Source: Phycisphaerae bacterium (GTDB taxonomy: Bacteria; Planctomycetota; Phycisphaerae; UBA1845; Fen-1342). From it: a DNA stretch of 34,927 bases. This document shows, one piece after another, positions 1-9,055 of the stretch. Positions within the stretch are counted from its first letter, which is position 1, and each line of letters begins with the position of its first letter. The position numbers and the translations under genes were made by a program. The stretch spans positions 1 through 34,927 of the forward strand of contig CAXXTC010000004.1 of assembly GCA_963666925.2 (NCBI GenBank). Reading direction: 5' to 3'. A model generated the notes under the pieces. It was not told the origin of the DNA. It made no database searches and saw only the letters and a list, made by a program, of their open reading frames with translations.

Positions 1-198
1 GGCCTCGCCGATTCGCTACGCACCGCGCTCGTCGACGCCGGCCAGGCCGAACTCGCCAAGCGCCTCGACGACGCCGTCGGCGACAAACTCCCCGAAGGCG
101 TCTCAGAACAGGTAGGCAAAGTCGGCGAAGGCGCCATCAAGGGCCTCGGCGGCCTCCTCGGCGGCCAGAAAAAAGACCAGAAACAGGAAGACCAGTAA
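1..198 (+). CDS. C-terminal fragment of a hypothetical protein (tail resembles AsmA-like proteins); truncated by the window edge
   Basis: Frame 1 is open from base 1 (GLADSLRTALVDAGQAELAKRLDDAVGDKLPEGVSEQVGKVGEGAIKGLGGLLGGQKKDQKQEDQ) to TAA at 196-198, with host-like C-ending codons. Confidence 0.7.
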   Translation, partial: GLADSLRTALVDAGQAELAKRLDDAVGDKLPEGVSEQVGKVGEGAIKGLGGLLGGQKKDQKQEDQ

Positions 199-215
199 CC
201 CCCCGACTTGGGTGA

Positions 216-250
216 CATGGGCAGGTTCGCCAAAGGCGAGTTTGCCCGTG
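216..250 (+). terminator. 16-bp RNA hairpin between convergent genes (terminator or stabiliser candidate)
   Basis: CATGGGCAGGTTCGCC-AAA-GGCGAGTTTGCCCGTG pairs fully on the + transcript using G-U pairs; no clear U-tract on +. Confidence 0.4.
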
Positions 251-296
251 AAAACGCTCCATCTCCCCAATCCGTTGTCACGTTGTTACGCTTGGG

Positions 297-333
297 TGCT
301 CTTGAGCAGTGCATTCTCCAGCGCCAGTGCCCG
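297..333 (+). repeat. REP-like palindromic repeat copy (5' part degenerate)
   Basis: TGCTCTTGAGCAGTGCA (297-313) is identical to 10879-10895, and similarity continues about 20 bp downstream. Confidence 0.7.
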
Positions 334-336
334 CGC

Positions 337-2247
337 TCAGCGCCCAAACGCCTGCTGGAACCAGGCGCAATCCAGTAAATCGATATCCCCGTCGGCCTCG
401 CTGTCATATGCATCCGCCCCGGGCGCCGCGGCAACGTCCGGCCCCGTCAAACGCGCGAACAGGTCACACGCGTCCGCGCTGTCAACCTCACCATTCCCAT
501 CGCCGTCGCCGATCCGAACACCTATCGCTTCCAACTCGACAATGCTCGTGTACTCCCGCGTCCCGCCGGCCTCACCCAACAGGCGCACCGACCACGTTGG
601 CTGGGAAGCGAAGGAGAGATCAATCACCTGGTAAAACGCATACGGATCCAGCGGCTCAGACAACACGAGATCAGCCGCACTGCACCACGCCTCCCCCCGA
701 CACACCTGCACATCGAGATCCACGAAATACCCGCCCCACGGCGTCACCACACGCGGGTCCGAGTTGATCGCACCCCAACGAATATCACCCTCATGGTAGG
801 TCAGCCCATCGACCCGAACCGGCACCGAAAAATCAAGCTGGTAATAGTCCCCGCCCGCCGGCTGCGAGTTGTCGCCATCGTACGTGTCGTACGGCACATG
901 CCCGTTGTGCCGAACATCCACAATACCGTCGATGATCGCGTCGAGATCGTCCCGATCGGTACTGGGATCGTGTTCGGCAGTGCTCGCCGACGTCGTGACC
1001 GTGCGCCCCTGATCGAGCACCAACCCAACGAGCCCGCTCGGGCCGGCCGGGTCGGGCAATTCCGGCAATGGCGTCACATCGTCCGCATCGGGAATGTGAT
1101 ACACACCTTCGCTAACCGTCCCCCCCGTCGCCACGATCACCTGCTCGGCAATAACCTGCCAGCGCGCCGCAATCTGCGTGATCGTGTCATCCTCCGGCAG
1201 CCCGGGCCGATCCTCCACCTGGTAGTGATCCGTCGCAAACTCCGTCAGCTCCGTCGGCAAACCGCTGTACCCGTGAATCAGCCCCAGCAACCCGCCCGCG
1301 GTCGCCGGGTTACAGTCGGCGTCGAACCCGGAAAGCACGGCAATCCGCACGGTCTGCTCAAAATCGCCCTGGCCATAGAGCAGCGCCATCGTCGTCAGCG
1401 CCAGGTTGACGCTGGACTCGACCCAGCCCCGAAAACGCCCTTGCGACAGCGTGCCGCGGTGGTAGATGTAAACCAACTGGCGCGTGGCGCGCCAGTCGAG
1501 CGTTCCATCCGCCGCGTCGGCGTCGTACCAGTCGCGGACTCTCTGGATAATCTGCCATGAGCGTGACGAAGTCGGCAGCGTCGCCTGGCCCAACTCGACC
1601 AGCGTTTCGACGTCTGACTCAAAAACGGCGGCCGCGTACATGGCCCCATAGAACTGGGCCGCGTGCAGCGCGAAACCCTCGTTGGTGACGCCGGCAAAAT
1701 CCGCCACCGAATCGATCGCCCATTGCCGCTGTCCGGGCGAGATCGCACCGAGAAACTCCGTCGTGATCTGGCTGTCGATCGCGTACGCGTGCATGTTGTA
1801 CCGATAACACCCGGTCTGCGGGACGACGAACCCGTGGTTCATCAGGTAGCGTGCCTGGAGGTTAGCGATGTAGATCCCCGAGAACCACACATGCGCTTCC
1901 CACTCGGCCTGGATCTCAGCCGGCGTCGGGCTTATCCCGTAGGTTTCCAGGCAGTGCAGGTAGAGGTATTCGAAGCTGGTATCGTCGTCGCCGGTCCACG
2001 GATCTTCGTCGCTGGTTTTCACGACCCAGGCGAACGCCTCGTCCGGGGCGGCATCGTACCCGGTGTAGTACCCTTCAAACGGGCGGCCGGTATGGTTTCC
2101 GATAAGTTCGCCAAACCACGCCCCGCGCAGCTTGTCGTAAAACCCATCAGCCGAAATCGTCCTCTCCGCCCGCGCCGCCGGCGTGACCAGCAGATGCACC
2201 GCAGCCAGCGCAAGCACAAGCGTCCTACACCAAACCAGTCGGCGCAT
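337..2247 (-). CDS. Secreted ADP-ribosylglycohydrolase-family protein with a beta-sandwich region and C-terminal dockerin-like domain
   Basis: Signal peptide MRRLVW...PAARA; family motifs DKLRGAWFGELIG, TGDDDT, GFDADCNPATAGGLLG; C-terminal GDGDGNGEVDSAD...ADGDIDLLD dockerin/EF-hand pair. Start moved from 2355 to ATG 2247. Confidence 0.8.
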   Translation of the reverse strand: MRRLVWCRTLVLALAAVHLLVTPAARAERTISADGFYDKLRGAWFGELIGNHTGRPFEGYYTGYDAAPDEAFAWVVKTSDEDPWTGDDDTSFEYLYLHCLETYGISPTPAEIQAEWEAHVWFSGIYIANLQARYLMNHGFVVPQTGCYRYNMHAYAIDSQITTEFLGAISPGQRQWAIDSVADFAGVTNEGFALHAAQFYGAMYAAAVFESDVETLVELGQATLPTSSRSWQIIQRVRDWYDADAADGTLDWRATRQLVYIYHRGTLSQGRFRGWVESSVNLALTTMALLYGQGDFEQTVRIAVLSGFDADCNPATAGGLLGLIHGYSGLPTELTEFATDHYQVEDRPGLPEDDTITQIAARWQVIAEQVIVATGGTVSEGVYHIPDADDVTPLPELPDPAGPSGLVGLVLDQGRTVTTSASTAEHDPSTDRDDLDAIIDGIVDVRHNGHVPYDTYDGDNSQPAGGDYYQLDFSVPVRVDGLTYHEGDIRWGAINSDPRVVTPWGGYFVDLDVQVCRGEAWCSAADLVLSEPLDPYAFYQVIDLSFASQPTWSVRLLGEAGGTREYTSIVELEAIGVRIGDGDGNGEVDSADACDLFARLTGPDVAAAPGADAYDSEADGDIDLLDCAWFQQAFGR

Positions 2248-2375
2248 CACCGTGCACATAGTGCACATCACGCAAACCGGCACGCAGCATGGCGAGGCAA
2301 GACATGCGGCCGACATGAAAACCTCCACCAAAACCGACCCACTTACAGTATACACTCAGCCGCATCCTCCCCCGC

Positions 2376-2404
2376 TTGCCGCACCCCCGCCGCCACGCTA
2401 ACAT
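2376..2404 (+). promoter_or_regulatory. Sigma70-type promoter of comM, probably leaderless
   Basis: TTGCCG-N17-TAACAT with ATG 8 nt after the -10; no Shine-Dalgarno. Confidence 0.5.
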
Positions 2405-2412
2405 CTCCCTAA

Positions 2413-3942
2413 ATGTTCACGCGTCTGCATAGTATGGCCCTCTCCGGGATCGAGGCGGTCGCGTGCGAGGTTGAGGTCGACGTCGCGTCCCGGGGAATGG
2501 GCAGTATTACCCTCGTCGGGCTACCCGACTCCGCCGTGCGCGAGTCCATCGACCGCATCCGCAGCGCCCTCCACAACAGCGGCTATACCCGCCCCAAGAC
2601 CCGCACCACCATCAACCTCGCCCCCGCCGACGTCCGCAAGGAAGGACCCGCCTTCGACCTCGCCATCGCCCTCGGACTGCTCCGCGCCGACGATCAGTTC
2701 CGCTCGCCCGACCAGGACGATTTCTTCATCGCCGGCGAACTCGCCCTCGACGGCCGCGTTCGGCCCATCAAGGGCGCCCTATCGCTCGCCCTGCTCGCGC
2801 GCGACCGCGGCGTCCGCGCCGTCGTCGTACCACGCGAGAACGCCGAAGAGGCCGCCGTCGTCGACGATGTCGAAGTTTACGGCGTAGATTCGCTCGCCCA
2901 GGCGGTCAGCTTCCTCGCCGGCGAGCTACCGCTCGAGCCCACCGTCGTCGATCTCGACGAGCTATCCTCCACCGCCGCGCTTTACGACGTCGATTTCAGC
3001 GACGTCCGCGGCCAGGAGCACGTCAAACGCGCCCTGCTCGTCGCCGCCGCCGGCCGCCACAACGTCCTCATGATCGGCCCGCCCGGCACCGGCAAGACCA
3101 TGCTCGCCAAACGCCTCCCGACCATCCTCCCCCAGCTCGCGCTCCAGGAATCGCTCGAAACCACACGCATCTACTCCACCTCCGGCAAGCTCCCCGCCGG
3201 CCTCAGCCTCCTCGCCACCCGACCATTCCGCCAGCCACACCATTCCATCAGCATCCCCGCCCTCGTCGGCGGCGGAACCGTCCCCTCGGCCGGCGAAGTC
3301 TCCCTCTCCCACCACGGCGTCCTCTTCCTTGACGAGTTCCCCGAGTTCAACCGCAGCGTGCTCGAATCCCTCCGCCAGGTCATCGAGGACGGCACCGTCA
3401 CCATCGCCCGCGCCCACAGCGCCGTCCAGTTCCCGGCCGACTTCCTCCTCGTCGCCGCTATGAACCCCTGCCCCTGCGGCTATTTCACCGACCCGCGCCG
3501 ACCCTGCAAATGCTCCGCACCACAGATCGACCGCTACCTGGCACGCATCAGCGGCCCGCTGCTCGAACGCATCGACCTCCACGTCGAGGTCCCGGCCGTC
3601 CCGATCCAGCAATTGCGCGACATGCAGCCCGGCACCGACAGCGCCACGCTCCGTGCTCAGGTCCAGCAGGCCCAGCAGATCCAGCGCGAGCGTTTCGGCC
3701 ACGACTCGACGCGCAGCAACGGCCGCATGACCTCGCGTGAGATCCGCAAGTTCGCGAAGACCGACGCCGCCGGGGAGCGGCTCCTGCGTCAGGCCGTCAC
3801 CGAACTAGGCCTCAGCGCCCGAGCGCATGACAAGGTCCTAAGAGTAGCCCGCACAATAGCCGACCTGGCCGGCGAACAAGACATCAGCGCAACCCATCTC
3901 TCCGAAGCCATCCAATACCGCCGCCTGGACCGGAGTTTGTAG
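2413..3942 (+). CDS. comM: YifB/ComM family Mg-chelatase-like AAA+ ATPase
   Basis: VGLPDSAVRESIDR, INLAPADVRKEGPAFDLAIA, Walker A GPPGTGKT, LFLDEFPEF, AAMNPCPCG, LSARAHDKVLRVARTIADL. Confidence 0.95.
   Translation: MFTRLHSMALSGIEAVACEVEVDVASRGMGSITLVGLPDSAVRESIDRIRSALHNSGYTRPKTRTTINLAPADVRKEGPAFDLAIALGLLRADDQFRSPDQDDFFIAGELALDGRVRPIKGALSLALLARDRGVRAVVVPRENAEEAAVVDDVEVYGVDSLAQAVSFLAGELPLEPTVVDLDELSSTAALYDVDFSDVRGQEHVKRALLVAAAGRHNVLMIGPPGTGKTMLAKRLPTILPQLALQESLETTRIYSTSGKLPAGLSLLATRPFRQPHHSISIPALVGGGTVPSAGEVSLSHHGVLFLDEFPEFNRSVLESLRQVIEDGTVTIARAHSAVQFPADFLLVAAMNPCPCGYFTDPRRPCKCSAPQIDRYLARISGPLLERIDLHVEVPAVPIQQLRDMQPGTDSATLRAQVQQAQQIQRERFGHDSTRSNGRMTSREIRKFAKTDAAGERLLRQAVTELGLSARAHDKVLRVARTIADLAGEQDISATHLSEAIQYRRLDRSL
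3899..3942 (+). repeat. Direct repeat copy 1 (comM 3' end, att-like)
   Basis: 43/44 identical to 5250-5293. Confidence 0.9.
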
Positions 3943-3967
3943 ACAACACGCACCAGGAGGGACCAGC

Positions 3968-5227
3968 ATGCCGACCAGATGGTCTGACCGCTTATCAGCC
4001 AAGTTCGGCCTATCCCTAACCCCCGATCTGTTGGATTGGCTGGACGGCAACGTCCGGGAACGTGTGAAACTGGATCATGCCGGGCTCTTCGATATCCCCG
4101 GCAACCCTGAACGTCTCATGGATCCATCGTCAGGCCAAGTGTGGGGTGGGCAGATGCTCCCCGACACGCTTCCGCTTCTGGGCAGCGCCAGCGGTGATCA
4201 ACTGGCCGTGCGGATCGGCGCAGACGGTTCAGTGAGCGAAGTGATTCGCTGGGATCATGAGTGCGGCACCTGGCGCCCATTCGGAGCGACTCTGCCCGAA
4301 GCCATTCTGTGCGACGTCGCCATCTGGCAAAACGAAGGCGAATCCGTCGAAGAGGAATCGGATACGGACAATCAGGCCCTGGAACACTGGGCGGCACATT
4401 GGGTTCGGCATACAACCGGCCCCGCACTCGACTGGCCCGTGCCGCTGACGGATCGGCAACCCGACGGACTTGTTCGTCTTCATCAGGCTGGTATCTGCGA
4501 GATCGTGGTGCTGACTGAGCGGTGCGTTGCTCGCTACCGAGCACCGCTAGCTGAACGCGCGTTCAAATACGGCTGCGAGCGCCTCGCCGAGCGGCTCGGA
4601 GTCCCTTGGGAGGATGTCTCCAAATGGCTCTTCGACACTGCTGCTGTCCCCCCACGCCAACGCACCCGATTGGGGCGGATTCTGCAAACGTCCCCGGAGG
4701 AATTGTTGCATCAGAACTGGGATCAAGCTCGTGCGCTTGCGGCCCGGGTGTCCGAACTGCGTCCGGACCTAGCTTGGCCATATGCGATCATGGGCTGGTC
4801 AGCGCAACGCGTAGGTAAGCTCGATGAGGCCATCGCCACATACTACAAGGGACTTCGCTCGCTCGGCACAACTTACGACTACGAAGCTTTGATCAATGAA
4901 GGCTTCCTTCATGAGCGCCTCGCAGAACTTCACGACGAACTTCCCAAGGAGATCTCCTCCGACGATTACCTTCAGGCCGCATGCAATCGGCCGACATGGC
5001 CGAACAATCAGGACCCATTGCATAGGTACTGGATGAAGCTGGCGCGAACAGCCGAGGCCCACGGCGATTATCACCTTGCGTACGATTACTACTACCGGGC
5101 CGGCTGGGATCGCCGGATTGTGGACGATATGGATGAAATACTCGACGGACTGATTCGCACCTCCTCCGCCGCCGGCTACGAAGCCCGGCACCGAATAGCC
5201 CGGCACCATCTAGACACCTTGTCCTAG
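3968..5227 (+). CDS. SMI1/KNR4 (SUKH)-like domain protein with C-terminal helical/TPR-like repeats
   Basis: AGGAGG RBS; N-terminal LTPDLLDWL...LPLLGSASGDQLAVRI...VIRWDHE...FGATLPEAIL resembles the SUKH pattern; later AWPYAIMGWSAQRVGKLDEAIATYYKGL is TPR-like; codon style differs from neighbours. Confidence 0.65.
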   Translation: MPTRWSDRLSAKFGLSLTPDLLDWLDGNVRERVKLDHAGLFDIPGNPERLMDPSSGQVWGGQMLPDTLPLLGSASGDQLAVRIGADGSVSEVIRWDHECGTWRPFGATLPEAILCDVAIWQNEGESVEEESDTDNQALEHWAAHWVRHTTGPALDWPVPLTDRQPDGLVRLHQAGICEIVVLTERCVARYRAPLAERAFKYGCERLAERLGVPWEDVSKWLFDTAAVPPRQRTRLGRILQTSPEELLHQNWDQARALAARVSELRPDLAWPYAIMGWSAQRVGKLDEAIATYYKGLRSLGTTYDYEALINEGFLHERLAELHDELPKEISSDDYLQAACNRPTWPNNQDPLHRYWMKLARTAEAHGDYHLAYDYYYRAGWDRRIVDDMDEILDGLIRTSSAAGYEARHRIARHHLDTLS

Positions 5228-5249
5228 GCAGTCGTCCCCACCGCCTTCT

Positions 5250-5293
5250 TCTCCGAAGCCATCCAATACCGCCGCCTGGACCGCAGTTTGTAG
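5250..5293 (+). repeat. Direct repeat copy 2 (displaced comM 3' end, SEAIQYRRLDRSL*)
   Basis: TCTCCGAAGCCATCCAATACCGCCGCCTGGACCGCAGTTTGTAG, one synonymous mismatch to 3899-3942. Confidence 0.9.
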
Positions 5294-5334
5294 CACCGCC
5301 GTCGACCGTCAGTACAACGCAGTGATGAAGAGCG

Positions 5335-5459
5335 TAGAACCTATCCCAGAACCTGTTTTGGCCCCTCGCTGCTGGAAGCCGAATCCCGCGAACCCCGAGA
5401 GAAACTGCGATTCTCGAAGTACACATGACCAGAGTTAAGAGGTTTTAGGATAGGTTCTA
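5335..5459. mobile_element. MITE-like element (121 bp core 5337-5457) with 18-bp terminal inverted repeats and TA duplication
   Basis: Left GAACCTATCCCAGAACCT versus reverse complement of right end GAACCTATCCTAAAACCT (16/18); TA on both sides; no transposase. Confidence 0.75.
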
Positions 5460-5622
5460 ATACGCAACAGCTCTCGTCAAACACCCGGTACCGATCGATT
5501 GGGTCAGAAAGGATGGTCGCCGTCAAGTAAGGCAGTGAGCCTGTTTCACATATTACCCTTCGGACAGAATGGTACACTCATCTTGCCGAGCGCTAACCCG
5601 CTCATCGCATCGCGGCTGAAAC

Positions 5623-7611
5623 CTACTCCCCCACCGCCTCCAGCTTGCGTGTCCAGTCATCCGTCCTGAACGAAGACGCCGGCAGCCCCGTCTGCCCAAA
5701 CAGGCTGGCACAGTCCGCCGCACCCCAGGCATAACGCACCGCCACCGGCTCACTCACCGCGTCCGCCTGCACCACCACCGTCTCGCCGTCGATCCGCGCC
5801 ACGGCCGGCACAAATCGCCGATCACTCCCCGCAATGACAAACCCCGTCAGAGCCCGCCCCTGCGACGTCAGCTCCCCACCCGTATGATCAAACAACACAC
5901 GCACACTATCACCCTCGACGCGCATCTCCCGATAAATCGGCCCCGAAAACTCACCCACCGGCCGACCATACGTCCGCGCCAGCGCCCACAACGCCAGCCG
6001 CCGGCCGACCTCCTGCTTATTCCGCGGATGAATGTCCGCCGGATTGCCAATATCCAGCGTCACAACCATCCCCGTGTTCGGCGTCGCCAGCGTGAACATC
6101 TGCGCCTCGCGCAGCTCGGCCGCCTCACCCCGATCACCCTGGTACGCAAACGGAGCAATCTGCACATAGTAAAAGGGAAAATCGCCCCGTCCCCAGCTCT
6201 GCCGCCAGTCGCCAATCATCGCCGGAAACAGCGTCCGATATTGGTACGCCCGCGGCCGGTTCGATTCGCCCTGGTACCAGATCGCACCCCGCAGCGCAAA
6301 CGGCACCAACGGCGAGATCATCCCGTTGTACAACGCGGTCGGATAGTTCGCGTGCAGCCCGGTAATCTGTGGCCACGGCGGCAGCTTGGCCGAATCCAGG
6401 CTGACCCGATAGCGCCACGCACTCGCCAGCGACAGCGCCTGCGACTCGTCCGTCCCGCTCGGCCAAATCCGCAGTTGCTCCGGCCGCCCCGAGAACCCAC
6501 CGTCGATACCCGTGTCCACAACGCGCACCGCCACCACGTTCCGCCCCGGCCGAACCAACTCCGCCGGCACCGTGTAATGCCTTGGCTTGTTCCAACTGCC
6601 GGTCACCATCAACCCACCGACGCGTACGCCGTTAAACCACGTCGTGTCAAAATCATCAATCGGCCCCAACTCCAGATTCAGGCTCTGCCCGGCCCACTCC
6701 GCCGGCAGCTCGACCTCCTTGCGAAACCACACCACGCCGTCGACGCCCGCCAGCCCCTGTCGCTCCCACGGGCTCGGCAGGTTCATCGTCGGCCAATCAG
6801 CGTCCGCCAGCTCCGGGCTCTTCCAGCCCCCCGCCGCGCTACCCGGATCGATGCCGTCCAGCGACTGCCACCAGCCCGCCAGTTTCTGCTGCGCATACTG
6901 ATTCAGATATCCCGGCTCCTGTGACTCGCGCGCCAGCACATTCAGCGCTTCATCAAAATCGCGAAGCCCACGCAACGTACCCGCGCTCGTCCACGCCTCC
7001 GCAACCGTGCCGCCCCAATTACTGCCGATCAGACCGATCGGCACATGCAGCTTCTCGTACAAATCCCGACCAAAGAAATAGCCCACCGCGCTGAACCCGC
7101 CCACGGTCTGGGGCCCACACACACGCCACGTCCCGCCGCAATCGCTCTCCGGCCGAATCGCCACCGTGTGCTCAACGTCAAACAGACGAATCTGCGGATA
7201 GTTAGCAGCCGCGACTTCCGCCTCGCCGTCCTGCGCCAGCCGAACCGGCCACTCCATGTTCGATTGCCCGGAACAGATCCAAACCTCGCCGATCAACACG
7301 TCCGATAGCGTAATCTCATTGTCGCCGCGAACCGTCAGCGTATATGGCCCACCCGCCACCGGCGTCCGGCACGTAACCCGCCATTGACCCGCACCGTCGG
7401 CCGTCGTGCTTACCTCTGCATCCTTCCAGCTTCCACGCACCGTCACGCGTTCCTGCGGATCGGCCCACCCCCAGACGGCCACGTCCGTCTGCTGCTGAAG
7501 CACCATCCCATCGCCCAGCACCCGCGGCAGCCGAACATCCCCGCGCGCCGGCGACAGCCCCACCGCCGCACTAACACAAACCGCCACCAGGAACCATCGC
7601 AACATCGACAT
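5623..7611 (-). CDS. Sialate O-acetylesterase (SASA/SGNH) with inserted galactose-binding-like domain, secreted
   Basis: GEVWICSGQSNME, IGSNWGGT, GAIWYQGESN, DIHPRNK; signal peptide; GAGG RBS before ATG 7611. Confidence 0.9.
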   Translation of the reverse strand: MSMLRWFLVAVCVSAAVGLSPARGDVRLPRVLGDGMVLQQQTDVAVWGWADPQERVTVRGSWKDAEVSTTADGAGQWRVTCRTPVAGGPYTLTVRGDNEITLSDVLIGEVWICSGQSNMEWPVRLAQDGEAEVAAANYPQIRLFDVEHTVAIRPESDCGGTWRVCGPQTVGGFSAVGYFFGRDLYEKLHVPIGLIGSNWGGTVAEAWTSAGTLRGLRDFDEALNVLARESQEPGYLNQYAQQKLAGWWQSLDGIDPGSAAGGWKSPELADADWPTMNLPSPWERQGLAGVDGVVWFRKEVELPAEWAGQSLNLELGPIDDFDTTWFNGVRVGGLMVTGSWNKPRHYTVPAELVRPGRNVVAVRVVDTGIDGGFSGRPEQLRIWPSGTDESQALSLASAWRYRVSLDSAKLPPWPQITGLHANYPTALYNGMISPLVPFALRGAIWYQGESNRPRAYQYRTLFPAMIGDWRQSWGRGDFPFYYVQIAPFAYQGDRGEAAELREAQMFTLATPNTGMVVTLDIGNPADIHPRNKQEVGRRLALWALARTYGRPVGEFSGPIYREMRVEGDSVRVLFDHTGGELTSQGRALTGFVIAGSDRRFVPAVARIDGETVVVQADAVSEPVAVRYAWGAADCASLFGQTGLPASSFRTDDWTRKLEAVGE

Positions 7612-7731
7612 GGGAAACCTCGCTGGTATTGCTCTGGAATGTAAACGCAATCAGCGCAACGCGCCGCGCCGGCGCGTTGCGCCTGAATCCGAACCTACAA
7701 CGTCCGGCCGTGGGCCGATTGCGTGCCCGAC

Positions 7732-8781
7732 CTATTCGCGCGCGTACCAGAACGCGTCGCGACCACCCTCGATAAACGTCAGCGGATCGGCCTCCCCACG
7801 CACAGTCCTGCCAGTGTACTTCGGCTTGCCATTCTCAATCGTGAACTTCCACGTGCCATACAGCTCGCCGTCGATTTTCATCGTCAACGTATAGGCCCCG
7901 TCCGTACGCAGCAGGTCAGACGCCTTGAAATACGTCCCGTGCGGAACCTCTTTGCCCTCGGGAAACACCATGTCAAACGCCAGCCGGATCCATTTCGGCT
8001 GCACCGAGTGCGTCGTACCCTCGCGGCTCGTGCAGACCAGCTCGCCATCGGCGTCACGCGTAATCTCGACCCGAACCTTGATGCTCTTCTCGTTGCACGC
8101 ATCGTTCCGCAGCCAGACCTTCCACTCCAGGTTGCGCTCCGGCTTCGCATCGGCATAGTACAGATACCCCCAACGCTCCCAATCCCCGGTCGTCACAAAA
8201 CACTGACCGTCGCCAAACGGATCATCGCCGCCGGTCTTCTTGATCGAGAACGGATACTGATAGAAATGCTCCGATGGCAAATAGAAGTCCAGCACATAAT
8301 CGCCCGGCGGCAACTCCATCCATCCGCCACCACCGACCTTCTCATTGGTCTTCAGATCCGTCGTCTGCCAGAAACTCAGCAGCGTGTAGGGCTTCTTGAG
8401 ACGATCTGGCTTCCAGTCAAACTGGTACAACTCCGTACCGTCCGACTGACGCAGCACCACAAACCCGCCCTCGCAGCCGTCCGGCACAAACGTAGCCTGA
8501 ATGTGGTCAAGCGTGAACCGGCCGTTTTTAGCCAGAACGACCACGCCGTTGAGCACAGTCGAAAACGACAACCCCGGCGCATACTGCCGGTCCTTGTCCT
8601 TCTTGGCTGGTGGCCGGGCGCGCGAACCTTCATCAGCCTTCTGCTCGCCGTCCTTCTGCTCACCCAGACCCTTGCCAATAGCTTCCTTCACACCGCGCCG
8701 AATGCTCCCCGGCAACTGCGCCTGGGCTAGGCCGACTAGCGCCATCAACGACACCACCACCGCAACAGAGAACCTATTCAT
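7732..8781 (-). CDS. Secreted hypothetical protein
   Basis: GGAGG RBS before ATG 8781; signal peptide MNRFSVAVVVSLMALVGLAQA; 349 aa ORF. Confidence 0.75.
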   Translation of the reverse strand: MNRFSVAVVVSLMALVGLAQAQLPGSIRRGVKEAIGKGLGEQKDGEQKADEGSRARPPAKKDKDRQYAPGLSFSTVLNGVVVLAKNGRFTLDHIQATFVPDGCEGGFVVLRQSDGTELYQFDWKPDRLKKPYTLLSFWQTTDLKTNEKVGGGGWMELPPGDYVLDFYLPSEHFYQYPFSIKKTGGDDPFGDGQCFVTTGDWERWGYLYYADAKPERNLEWKVWLRNDACNEKSIKVRVEITRDADGELVCTSREGTTHSVQPKWIRLAFDMVFPEGKEVPHGTYFKASDLLRTDGAYTLTMKIDGELYGTWKFTIENGKPKYTGRTVRGEADPLTFIEGGRDAFWYARE

Positions 8782-9055
8782 AACATGCCTCCGACTCTCA
8801 ACCGGCCGGCGAATTGCCCGACCACTACCTTGCGCACCCGCTCGGTGCTCACGTAACTGTCGATCACGCAATCCAATGTATCGCGTGCGCACGCCTTATA
8901 CCCGCCCCGCCGGAACCTGTCGAATACACTCCCCCCCAATTCAATCGTGCCCCCATTCCGGCCCCCACCTCGGCTATACTGCATAGTGTGTGCGATTTGC
9001 ACAGGTCGCCAGGCACCTGCGTTCCACGGGCCCCAACCATATCGAGTCAAGACAC

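Noticed and set aside
207..298. 8-bp direct repeat CTTGGGTG (207-214, 291-298) flanking the hairpin as a possible TSD; also a c-di-GMP riboswitch look-alike
   Set aside because: No terminal inverted repeats; lacks the GAAA tetraloop/second stem and lies between convergent 3' ends
5341..5577. 78-aa minus-strand ORF, possible RAYT transposase remnant (DRYRVFDE)
   Set aside because: Half of it is MITE sequence; no HUH motif; resemblance too weak
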